Shown: positions 50,596-59,815 of the stretch, piece after piece
How the letters are laid out: each line of letters opens with the position of its first letter
How positions within the stretch are numbered: position 1 is the first letter of the stretch
Origin: an uncultured delta proteobacterium
GTDB lineage: Bacteria > Myxococcota_A > Polyangia > Polyangiales > B10-G4
NCBI GenBank assembly: GCA_963727445.1
Contig: CAVSGI010000010.1
Location: 1,120,001-1,184,000 of the forward strand
Length of the DNA: 64,000 bases
Direction of reading: 5' to 3'
Translations under genes and position numbers: made by a program
The notes under the pieces: generated by a model
The model's database searches: none
What the model was told of the DNA's origin: nothing
What the model saw: the letters and a program-made list of their open reading frames with translations, nothing else

Positions 50596-52840
50596 GTGAT
50601 CCGTCAACGAGAAATCGTGAGGGGCTGCTCGCTCTCCTCACCGTCCCCTCGAATCGCGGCGCTGGCGCTGATCGCTGCGCTGTCGGTAAGTGCGGTCGCG
50701 CGCGCACAGCAGCCCTGGTGGGAGCAACCGCAGTCGCCGCCGGATGCGGGGGCGGGAACGGGAACGGGAACGGGAACGGGAACGGAAACGGGAACGGGAA
50801 CGGGAGCGGAAGCGGAAGCGGGAAGCGGGAACGGGAGCGGGAACGGGAGCCGGAGCGGGAACGGGAGCCGGAACGGGAGCGGGGGCGGCTGAGGGGGAGG
50901 TTCCCGATCTCGACCCGGATGCGTTCGACAATCCGCAGGGGATGAACCTGGGCGACTTGACCGGGGCGCCGGTGCTCGGCGGGCTCGACACCACGTGGCG
51001 ATGGCAGCAGGTGATGGCCTCGCCGCGCATCGGCGCGGTCCTGACCGCCATCGGGGTGGACCCCAACAATCCCAACCGCATCTTCGTCGGCACGGAGGAG
51101 GGGACCATCCTGCGTTCGCAGGACGGCGGCATCACCTGGCGCGAGCTCGAGATGGATCCGGTGGTCACCACCAACCGGAGCCTCGCCATCCAGACGCCCG
51201 GGCTGCCGCAGCTCGGCTCGCGTGTCCTCGGCGGACTGACGCTGGTCGCGCTGCCACCCGGGCAGACAAAGCCGATCAACATCCCGACCTTTCCCTTCGT
51301 GCGCCAGCCGCAGTTCGAGACGCTCTCGACCAACTTCGCCGGGCGTCGCTACATCCGGCCCTTCGTCATCAGCCCGCCCGGCGCCGGCGTCACGCTCCTC
51401 GCCGACGCGGTTCGCGGCCGGCCCACGGCGCCCATTCGCCGCATCGCGGTGTGCACGGGCGCAGAGTTTCCGCTCCTCGTCGCGAGCCAGAACGAGCTGA
51501 TGGGCTCGAACGACGGCGGCCTCACCTACGTCCGCCTCCTCCGGCTCCCCGGGCGGGTGACCGTGCGCAACATCGCCTGCTCGCCGCGCAACCCCCGCCA
51601 CATCATGGTCGCCACCAGCTTCGGCATGTTTCGAAGCACCGACGGCGGCGTCAGCTACGACCCGGATCTGACGGCGGAGCCTGGAAACTCGACCTATGGT
51701 GCGGCCTTCGGGCCGGGCCGGGAGGGCGGCGAGCGCGCCTACGTCGCCAGCGGCTCGCGCGTCTACGCGGGTGATCCCGACTCGGATGAGGGTCTGAGCT
51801 TCGTCTATCCCGACTTCAACAACTCCTCGACCGCGCCCTGGGCGGAGATCTACTGGATCGAGGCCACGGCCGACGGTCACGTGTGGATCGCCACCCGCGA
51901 CGGTGTTCGCGCGTCTTTCGACTACGGCGACAACTGGGAGACGGTCGCGCGCACGCTCCTCAGCCGCCAGCAGTCGTGGCAGGTCACGGTCGGCGTGAAC
52001 GAAAGAGGCGGTCGCCGGGTGGTGGTGCTGGCGCGCGACTGCCCGTCGCGCTGTCGGGGCAGCCTGCTCTACGCGAGCGACGACAACGGCCAGACCTGGT
52101 TCCCCTACTTTCAAGGCGCCACGCGACGCAACCTGAACTACGTCGCGGCCGCCCCCGCGGCACCGGGGATCCCGCCCCGCTGGTGGGTGGTGGCGGGCGG
52201 CGAGCTCTGGGCGACCGTTCCCGGCGCGACGCGCTCCGGGGGCGACGTGGACCAGCGTTCGGCGACCTGGGCGCGGCGGCTCCTCCGCCAGAGCCCGGAC
52301 ATGGACACGGTGATCAACGCCGTGCTCGACGAGCTCGAGCTGAACCGGCGGCAGATCGACGGAATGTTCAACGCGATCCGCTTCCGCAACTTCGCCCCGC
52401 GGCTGCAGATCGAAGCGATCTGGCAGCGGCGGCAGTTCACCCGCCGCGAGCAATGTATCCCCATATGCATGGAACCGGACGGCATGGGGGGCACTCGGCA
52501 GGTCCAGTTCTGGAACGAGAACTGGGCGCGCGAAGACTTCGTGGTCCGCGGATGGCTCGAGTGGCGCTTCCGCGACATGGCGTACTCCACCAACGAGCTG
52601 TCGCCGCGGCGCAACGAGCTCTACACGCTGCGCCTGCAGGTGGCCTACGTGACCGAGGACGCCTGGCACGAGCGCACGCTGCACCTGCAGCGTATCGCCC
52701 GCGGGATGAGCGACCGACTGCAGGTGGAGATCTTGAAGGAACGCATCACGGCCCTCGAAGCCGTGATCGAGACGTGGCTCGGTCGGCCTATCACCACCCT
52801 GCCGCGTGGCGGCATGAGAATTCGCGGGGGCAGCGAGTAG
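50596..52840 (+). CDS. Secreted BNR/VPS10-like beta-propeller with C-terminal half-TolC-like domain (frameshift near 50821)
   Basis: Signal peptide in ORF 50596-50892 joins ORF 50690-52840 inside a GGAACG repeat; Asp-boxes SQDGGITW, SNDGGLTY, STDGGVSY, SFDYGDNW, SDDNGQTW. Confidence 0.75.
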
Positions 52841-52874
52841 CCCCCCAGAACAGAAGACGGGAAGTACTGAGGAG

Positions 52875-53528
52875 ATGCAAACGATGACGAAAACGACGAT
52901 GAGGATCGCGAGCGCGCTGCTCGCGTGGGCGCTCTTACCCACGCTGGCGTCGGCGCAGAACGACGCCGCGGTTTCGGCGGCGCGCGAGCAGATGCGCCAC
53001 GAGCCCACGGTCGCCGAGACGGTGCGGGTGTGCCTCGAGTACTTCCGTGTCGACCCGAGCAACTTCGACGGCCTGAGGACCGCGGCCAAGACCCGCGCGC
53101 TCCTGCCGACCCTCGCCGGTGGTTACGCCTACGACGACAACGCCTTCGCGCGCGTCGAGGACACGCTCCCCGGCGGCGGTCCCACCGTCAATCCGCGAAA
53201 CGTCGAGGACACGAACGCCATCACCAACACCTTCACCATCGGCGCCATCTGGGACTTGCGAGAGCTCGTCTTCAACGCCTCCGAGGTGCAGGTCTACGGT
53301 CTGATCGGCGTGCAGCGCGACCTCATGCTGGAGGTCACGCGGACGTATTACCTCCGGCGCCAGCTGCTGCTGCGCCTGCTCCTGCGTCCGCCGGAAGATC
53401 CCCTCGCCTACGCCGCTCTCGAGATGCGCGTGGACGAGTTCACCGCGATCCTGGACGTCCTCACCGACGGATGGTTCACGACCGAGACCGAGGCGCGTCG
53501 CTCCGGCCGAGGCCGAGACGACGACTGA
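52875..53528 (+). CDS. Secreted single-repeat outer-membrane-efflux (half-TolC)-like protein
   Basis: Signal peptide; LLPTL...IGAIWDL...LEVTRTYY...LDVLTDG pattern; similar to the C-terminus of the upstream protein. Confidence 0.7.
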   Translation: MQTMTKTTMRIASALLAWALLPTLASAQNDAAVSAAREQMRHEPTVAETVRVCLEYFRVDPSNFDGLRTAAKTRALLPTLAGGYAYDDNAFARVEDTLPGGGPTVNPRNVEDTNAITNTFTIGAIWDLRELVFNASEVQVYGLIGVQRDLMLEVTRTYYLRRQLLLRLLLRPPEDPLAYAALEMRVDEFTAILDVLTDGWFTTETEARRSGRGRDDD

Positions 53529-53582
53529 GCGGGTGCGCCGGCGGGGCTTGCCCTCGCATCACGGCGTAGCCATATCCAACCG

Positions 53583-55343
53583 GTGAGCACGCGCCCCAAG
53601 CTCGACCGCGCGGTGACGAGGCGTCTCCTCGGCCTCGCCCGCGCGGAGTGGAAGCGGCTCGCCGCCGGGACCTTCTTCCTCGCCCTGGGAAGCGGCGCCG
53701 GCCTGCTCTACCCCCAGGGGATCCGCGTCATCATCGACGACGCGCTGGGCACCGGTGACCCCGACATCGTCGACAAGGCGGCGATCGTCCTCCTCTTCGT
53801 CTTCCTGGTGCAGGCCATCGCGGTGGCACTGCGCTCGATACTCTTCACCGTCGCTGGCGAACGCATCGTCGCCAACCTGCGCAGTCAGCTCTACCGCGTG
53901 ATCATGGATCAGGAGATCGCCTTCTTCGACGGGAGCCGCACCGGCGAGCTGATCAATCGGCTCAGCGCCGACACGCAGGTGCTGCAGAACACGGTGAGCG
54001 TGAACGTGTCGATGGCGCTCCGAAACGCCGCGGCCGCCGTCGGAGGCATCGCCTTCCTCTTCTGGACCTCGGTGAAGCTCACCGGGCTGATGCTCGTGGT
54101 CGTCCCGCCCGTCGCCATCGGAGCGGTGATCTACGGCCGCTACGTGCGCCGGATGAGTCGCGAGGTGCAGGATGCCCTCGCCTCCGCGAGCGAAGTGGCC
54201 GAAGAGACCATCGCCGGCATCCGCACCGTGCGCGCCTTCGCCGCGGAAAAGGCCGAGGTCGCCCGCTACGACGCCGCGGTGGACCAGAGCTTCGAGCTCG
54301 CTCGGCGCCGCGCGCATCTGGTCGGGCGCTTCATGGGCGCGACCTCCTTCGCCGCCTACGTGGCGGCGGCAGCCGTCGTGTGGTGGGGCGGCCACATGGT
54401 GATCGACGGCGAGATGAGCGTCGGAGAGCTCTCCGCGTTCCTCCTCTACACGATCATCGTCGCCGTGAGCCTGGGCACGCTCAGCAGCTTGTGGGCCGAT
54501 CTGATGCGCGCCTCCGGCTCCGCCGAGCGGATCTACGAGATCATCGATCGAGAGCCGGCGATGGCGGCGCGTGGAGGCGAGACCCTCGACGGCCTCGAGG
54601 GCGCGCTCTGCCTCGAAGAGGTCACCTTCCACTACCCGACGCGACCCGATGTCGACGTCCTCGTCGACGTGAAGCTCGACGTCGCCGCCGGCGAGATCGT
54701 GGCCCTCGTCGGGCCGAGCGGCTCGGGAAAGACGACGATCGCGTCGCTGGTTACGCGCCTCTACGACCCACCCACGGGTCGCGTGACCCTCGACGGGCAC
54801 GATCTGTCGGCCCTCGATCCCGAGTGGCTGCGAAAGCAGATCGGGGTCGTCGCCCAGGAGCCCATCCTCTTCAGCGCCACCATCGCCGAGAACATCCGCT
54901 ACGCGCGGCCCGAGGCGACCGAAGAGGAGGTGATCGCCGCCGCGCGCGCCGCCAACGCCCACGACTTCGTGGTGGGCTTCCCCGACGGCTACGACACCCA
55001 CGTGGGAGAGCGGGGCGTCCAGCTCTCGGGCGGTCAAAAACAGCGCGTGGCCATCGCCCGCGCCGTGCTGAAGGATCCGAAGATCCTCGTCCTCGACGAG
55101 GCGACGAGCGCCCTCGACGCCGAGAGCGAGCACCTCGTCAAAGAAGCGCTCGACCGCCTGATGCACGGGCGCACCACCTTGATCATCGCGCACCGCCTCT
55201 CGACGGTGCGCGACGCCGATCGGGTGGTGGTGCTCGAACGCGGACGCATCGTGCAGTCGGGCGCGCACGCAGAGCTCCTCGAGGAAGAGGACGGCCTGTA
55301 CCATCGCCTCGTGGCGCGGCAGCTCGCCGAGCCCGCGGCGTGA
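53583..55343 (+). CDS. ABC exporter, fused TMD-NBD (MsbA/ABCB-like)
   Basis: About six TM segments, GPSGSGKT, LSGGQKQR, LDEATSALD, AHRLST. Confidence 0.93.
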   Translation: MSTRPKLDRAVTRRLLGLARAEWKRLAAGTFFLALGSGAGLLYPQGIRVIIDDALGTGDPDIVDKAAIVLLFVFLVQAIAVALRSILFTVAGERIVANLRSQLYRVIMDQEIAFFDGSRTGELINRLSADTQVLQNTVSVNVSMALRNAAAAVGGIAFLFWTSVKLTGLMLVVVPPVAIGAVIYGRYVRRMSREVQDALASASEVAEETIAGIRTVRAFAAEKAEVARYDAAVDQSFELARRRAHLVGRFMGATSFAAYVAAAAVVWWGGHMVIDGEMSVGELSAFLLYTIIVAVSLGTLSSLWADLMRASGSAERIYEIIDREPAMAARGGETLDGLEGALCLEEVTFHYPTRPDVDVLVDVKLDVAAGEIVALVGPSGSGKTTIASLVTRLYDPPTGRVTLDGHDLSALDPEWLRKQIGVVAQEPILFSATIAENIRYARPEATEEEVIAAARAANAHDFVVGFPDGYDTHVGERGVQLSGGQKQRVAIARAVLKDPKILVLDEATSALDAESEHLVKEALDRLMHGRTTLIIAHRLSTVRDADRVVVLERGRIVQSGAHAELLEEEDGLYHRLVARQLAEPAA

Positions 55344-55350
55344 GCCCGCG

Positions 55351-56091
55351 ATGAACCAGCTCCTGCTCTACGACGAGGACTTCGTGGGCGACGACACGGT
55401 GCGGATCGATGGCGCGCGCGCGGACGGCGTCCGGCGCATCCTCGCGGACAAAGAGCGCGAGGGTGGGGGCGAAGGGCTCCGGGTTGGAAGGCTCGATGGC
55501 AATCGGGGTCACGCAGAGGTGCGCGAGGATCGAGCCGACGAGCTGCTGCTCCGCGTCACGCTGAACGAGGCGCCTCCGCCCCGTCCCGGGATCGACCTTC
55601 TCCTCGCTGCGCCGCGGCCAAAGCAGCTCAAGCGGATCCTGCCCGCGCTCGCGTCGATGGGCGTCGACGAGATCGTCCTGATGAACGCGGCGCGGGTAGA
55701 GAAGAGCTACTTCGACTCGAAGGCCCTCGAGACCGCGAGCATCCATCGCCTCTTCGACCTCGGCCTCGAACAGGGATGCGACACGATCCGCCCGAGGCTT
55801 CGGATCGCGCGCCGCTTTCGGCCTTTCGTGGAGGACGAGCTCGACAGCTTCAGAGCGAAGGGGGCTCGGATCGTCGCGCATCCCGGCGGCGCAGACGACG
55901 CGCTCCACGCCGCGCGAAGCGAGACGCGCTTGATCCTGGCCGTGGGGCCCGAGGGTGGCTGGGTACCCTTCGAGCTCGAGCTGCTCCAATCGCGTGGGTT
56001 TTCCGTCGCGTCTCTCGGCTCTCGTCCGCTCCGAACGGAGATTGCTGTCGCCGCGCTGATCGGTGCTTCGGGACGGCTCCAGCGCCCCTGA
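55351..56091 (+). CDS. rsmE: 16S rRNA m3U1498 methyltransferase
   Basis: PRPK, RVEKSY, GLEQ, AVGPEGGW, LGSRPLRTEIA. Confidence 0.88.
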   Translation: MNQLLLYDEDFVGDDTVRIDGARADGVRRILADKEREGGGEGLRVGRLDGNRGHAEVREDRADELLLRVTLNEAPPPRPGIDLLLAAPRPKQLKRILPALASMGVDEIVLMNAARVEKSYFDSKALETASIHRLFDLGLEQGCDTIRPRLRIARRFRPFVEDELDSFRAKGARIVAHPGGADDALHAARSETRLILAVGPEGGWVPFELELLQSRGFSVASLGSRPLRTEIAVAALIGASGRLQRP

Positions 56092-56148
56092 ACAGGCTTG
56101 CGCACCCGAGGATCTGCGGCATGCTCCCGGCCCTTTTGGAGCCCCCTC

Positions 56149-58023
56149 ATGTCCCGATCCATCGCCCTTCTCGCTTGCCTCACCTTCCTCCTCGCCGCCT
56201 GCAACAACGACAGCCGCGTCTTCACCGACGCCAGCTTCGACACCGGCACCTCTGACACCAGCACCTCTGACACCAGCACGCCCGACACCGGCACGCCGGA
56301 CACCAGCACCATGATGGACGGCGGGATGGGTGACAGCAGCACCGGCGACGGCAGCACCGGCGACGGCAGCACCGGCGACGCCTCGATGGACGGCGGCGGT
56401 GACGCCACCACCGGCGACGGCTCGATGGACGCGACAGCCGACGCGACGATGGACGCGACAGCCGACGCGATGATGGACGCGGCGGCGAGCTGCATCGACA
56501 TGGACCTCGCGATGGCTACCGGTGACGCCGTGGCTTCTGGCGACCTCACCGGGGCCGGCGACGACGGGATGGGCAGCTGCGGGAGCACCGGCGGCGAGGA
56601 CATGGCCTACACCTGGACGGCCCCCTCCACCGCCGAGTGGACCTTCGACACCTTCGGCTCGGACGCCGACACGGTCCTGCACATCCACACCGGCGCGGAG
56701 TGCTCGGCCGCCGAGCTCGCGTGCATCGACGACGCCAGCTTCGTTCTGCAGTCGCGCGTCGACCTGATGGTGACGGCCGGGACGATGATCACCATCGTCG
56801 TCGACTCGTACGACGCCTTCAGCGCCGACCTCTTCGAGCTCAGCATCACCGAGACCTCCACCATCCCGACCTCCGAGGCCGGCTCCTGTGGTGATGGGGT
56901 GGACAACGACCGCGACGGCGACGTCGACTGCTTCGACGCGGACTGCATCAGCGCCTCCACCTGCTTCGAAATCGGCGCGGCCTGCGGCGACGGGATCGAC
57001 AACGACGGTGACAGCGACGTGGACTGCGCCGACTCGGACTGCGACGGCTACAGCGCGTGCATCGAGAGCATCTGCGACGACAGCCTGGACGACGATGGCG
57101 ACGGCGACGTGGACTGCGCCGACTCCGACTGCTTCACCGACCCGGCCTGTGACACCTGCCCCGATGCGGACCTGGGCATGACCCTCGGCACCACCACCGG
57201 CACCACCACCGGCGGGACCGACCGCCGCGCGGGCTCCTGTGGCGGCGGCGGCGAGGATCGAACCCTCCTCTTCACGGCGCCGGCGGAAGGCACCTACACC
57301 ATCAGCACCGCGGGCAGCGCCTTCGACACCGTGCTCTACGTGCTCGACGCCGGGTGCGACGGGCTCGAGCTCGCGTGCAACGACGACAGCGGCGGCAGCT
57401 CCCAGTCCGAGGTCGTCGTCGACCTCGGCGCGGGCCAGCAGGTCATCATCGTGGTCGACGGCTACAGCGGCGCGGGTGACTACACCCTGGACATCTCCGA
57501 CGCCGCGATGTCCTTCGGCGCACCGGGCACGGCCGGGGATCTGGTGATCACCGAGATCATGCAAAACCCGCGCACGCCCGACACTTCGAACGAGTGGTTC
57601 GAGATCACCAACACCACCAGCAGCACGCTGAACCTCAACGGCTGCAACATCAGCGACACGGGCGTCGACTCCTCGGACATCACGACCGACCTGTTGATCG
57701 CTCCGGGCGAGTATCTGGTCCTGGGCCGCACGGACGACGTCGGCTTCCGGCCGAACTACACCTGGTCGGGTCGCCTCTCGTTGGCCAATGGTGACGACGA
57801 GCTGATCATCACCTGCGGCAGCACCGAGATCGACCGCGTGGAGTGGGACGGCGGTCCGACCTTCCCCGACCCGGACGGAGCCTCCATGAGCCTGGACGAT
57901 GGGGCGACCACCGCCACCATGAACGACACCGGCTCCAACTGGTGCGAAGCCCCGCTCTACCTCGCGCCCTACGACGGCGTGGACCGCGCGACGCCCGGCG
58001 AAGCCAACCCGACCTGCCCCTGA
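56149..58023 (+). CDS. Lipoprotein with PPC-like domains, Asp/Cys repeats and a lamin-tail domain
   Basis: Lipobox LAAC, three CxDGxDNDxDGDVDCADSDC-type repeats, LVITEIMQNP...EWFEI...TPGEAN. Confidence 0.82.
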   Translation: MSRSIALLACLTFLLAACNNDSRVFTDASFDTGTSDTSTSDTSTPDTGTPDTSTMMDGGMGDSSTGDGSTGDGSTGDASMDGGGDATTGDGSMDATADATMDATADAMMDAAASCIDMDLAMATGDAVASGDLTGAGDDGMGSCGSTGGEDMAYTWTAPSTAEWTFDTFGSDADTVLHIHTGAECSAAELACIDDASFVLQSRVDLMVTAGTMITIVVDSYDAFSADLFELSITETSTIPTSEAGSCGDGVDNDRDGDVDCFDADCISASTCFEIGAACGDGIDNDGDSDVDCADSDCDGYSACIESICDDSLDDDGDGDVDCADSDCFTDPACDTCPDADLGMTLGTTTGTTTGGTDRRAGSCGGGGEDRTLLFTAPAEGTYTISTAGSAFDTVLYVLDAGCDGLELACNDDSGGSSQSEVVVDLGAGQQVIIVVDGYSGAGDYTLDISDAAMSFGAPGTAGDLVITEIMQNPRTPDTSNEWFEITNTTSSTLNLNGCNISDTGVDSSDITTDLLIAPGEYLVLGRTDDVGFRPNYTWSGRLSLANGDDELIITCGSTEIDRVEWDGGPTFPDPDGASMSLDDGATTATMNDTGSNWCEAPLYLAPYDGVDRATPGEANPTCP

Positions 58024-58037
58024 CCAGGATCGGAGGA

Positions 58038-58063
58038 GAGCGGCGCCCCGAAGGGCGCCGCTC
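58038..58063. terminator. Hairpin between convergent genes
   Basis: Perfect 11-bp stem GAGCGGCGCCC/GGGCGCCGCTC with CGAA loop. Confidence 0.6.
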
Positions 58064-58089
58064 GTGGGGCTACTCAGTCGCTCCTTCGC

Positions 58090-58992
58090 TCAGTCACAGT
58101 GTCCGGGTCCGGTGAACCCGTTGTTGTAGGCGTCGAGGGTGTCGGCGAGGGCCGTGGCCGTGCCGCGGTCGGCCGTGCTCTTGCCGAAGGGCAGCATCCC
58201 GTCCGCGTCGGCATTCGCCGCGAGCCATGCATCCGCGTCTGCGATGGTGCTGCTGACGCCGGCATCCGAAGCGCCATCCAGGACGTTCAGCTTCGCCGTG
58301 ATCAGCTGGTGGGCGAGGATGATGCTCGCGTCACCTCGAGGCGCCATGTTCAGGAGCGTCTCCAGCTGACCCGCGTCGTAGTAGACGAAGCCGAGCATCA
58401 GGCCCGACGCAGGCCATGCGTCGGTGTGGTTCTTCCAATAACCCATGGTGTACGTACACCCCTCGTCGACCGGCGGCGGAGTGCAGCTGTCGATGCAGCC
58501 CGCGTAGTAATCGTAAGGAATGTTGCCGTCCCAGTAGATGTAGTCGGGGTTGTCGCTGTAGGCCCAACCGATGGAGCCATCCTCGAAATAGAGCTTGGCG
58601 ACGACCTTGACGTCCGTACCGCATTCGACGCCGATGTCCGTGAAGGGCACGTCGTAAGTCCGGCTGGTGGTCACGGGGAACGACTCTTCGATGGTGGACA
58701 GGGCGAGGTCGCCGTCCGCGAAGGGCACGGGCGGCGGCGGCGGTCCGAGGTAGATCTTCACGCCGGTGAAGCCGGACGCGAGATCGATCTGTACCTGCAT
58801 GCTGTCGAAATCGTTCGACAAGTGGAGCGTTCCCACCGCGGTGCCGGCGTCATCCTCGATGACGTCGTCCTTGGGGCCACAAACGAGTAGCGCGTTCGAA
58901 TTGGAATCCACGACTTGTCCGGTACATCCGATGGACGCTCCGCCGATCAGCGCTCCGAGCAAGACGAGTGAGCGAATATGTTTGTTTGTCAT
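58090..58992 (-). CDS. Hypothetical lipoprotein
   Basis: GGAGG RBS, lipobox SIGC, GCTYTMGYWKNH and QLITAKLN motifs. Confidence 0.8.
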   Translation of the reverse strand: MTNKHIRSLVLLGALIGGASIGCTGQVVDSNSNALLVCGPKDDVIEDDAGTAVGTLHLSNDFDSMQVQIDLASGFTGVKIYLGPPPPPVPFADGDLALSTIEESFPVTTSRTYDVPFTDIGVECGTDVKVVAKLYFEDGSIGWAYSDNPDYIYWDGNIPYDYYAGCIDSCTPPPVDEGCTYTMGYWKNHTDAWPASGLMLGFVYYDAGQLETLLNMAPRGDASIILAHQLITAKLNVLDGASDAGVSSTIADADAWLAANADADGMLPFGKSTADRGTATALADTLDAYNNGFTGPGHCD

Positions 58993-59199
58993 GGCAGCCT
59001 CCTCCGTCGAGAACCTCCAGAAGCAGGTTCCTTACCAAGTCACGTAACTGCCGACCGACGTGTGGAAAGGTGTGAATTGAGCGAAGAGGGGCGAACGGTG
59101 CGACGCGGTGGCCTCGCACCCTTTGCTCTTCGCGCGCCGCAACGCGCAGGTTCTGCGGCGCCTCGGAAGCGCGCCTGGAAGCTCGAGAAACGGCGACTA

Positions 59200-59757
59200 T
59201 CAGAAGCAGCGCGGGCGGTCGTGGAGCGATTCGGGAGCGCTCCGATCGGGCGCCACGAGTCCCTCGGCTTCCTTGCCGCCGGTGACGCCCTGAACGGCGA
59301 CCACCGCGCGGAAGTCGGTGGGCGTGTCCACCAACGCACTGGCGAGCGCCCCATCGACGATGCCGACGCGACCGAACTGGACGATCTGCGAGGTCGGCAA
59401 GCCGGCTTCGGGCTTGAGGTAGTCGTCGAAGATCGAGCCCTGATCATCCAGGCGGGAACGGATCGACAAGCCGAGGGAGGTGTAGACGAAGTCGGGGTCC
59501 GTCGTCACGAGCGTCCCGTCATAGGTGATCAGCGCGTCGCCGCTCCCATCCCCGGCGGGCTCGAGGCGAAACTGCACCTCACCCACGACGTCCGAAGTCG
59601 TACTGTCCTCGAGGATCGCGTGCAGGCTCGAGAGGCACCTCGGGTCGGAGAGCGCGCCAGCGCTCGCGCCAGGGTCGTCGCTCGTGGTCTCGAACGCGCA
59701 ACCCGAGCCGAAGAAGCCGAAAACGCAGATGAGTGCCGTGATCGTCGGTCGAAGCAT
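59200..59757 (-). CDS. Hypothetical lipoprotein
   Basis: MLRPTITALICVFGFFGSGC lipoprotein signal. Confidence 0.6.
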   Translation of the reverse strand: MLRPTITALICVFGFFGSGCAFETTSDDPGASAGALSDPRCLSSLHAILEDSTTSDVVGEVQFRLEPAGDGSGDALITYDGTLVTTDPDFVYTSLGLSIRSRLDDQGSIFDDYLKPEAGLPTSQIVQFGRVGIVDGALASALVDTPTDFRAVVAVQGVTGGKEAEGLVAPDRSAPESLHDRPRCF

Positions 59758-59815
59758 GGCGGGGGTATGAAGTGCGCGGGCGGACCGTGCCAGCGCTTTG
59801 TCCCGCTCTGGTGAT

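Noticed and set aside
53583..55343. Canonical type I secretion system
   Set aside because: No HlyD adaptor, no C39 domain and no RTX cargo; the transporter resembles generic MsbA/ABCB exporters
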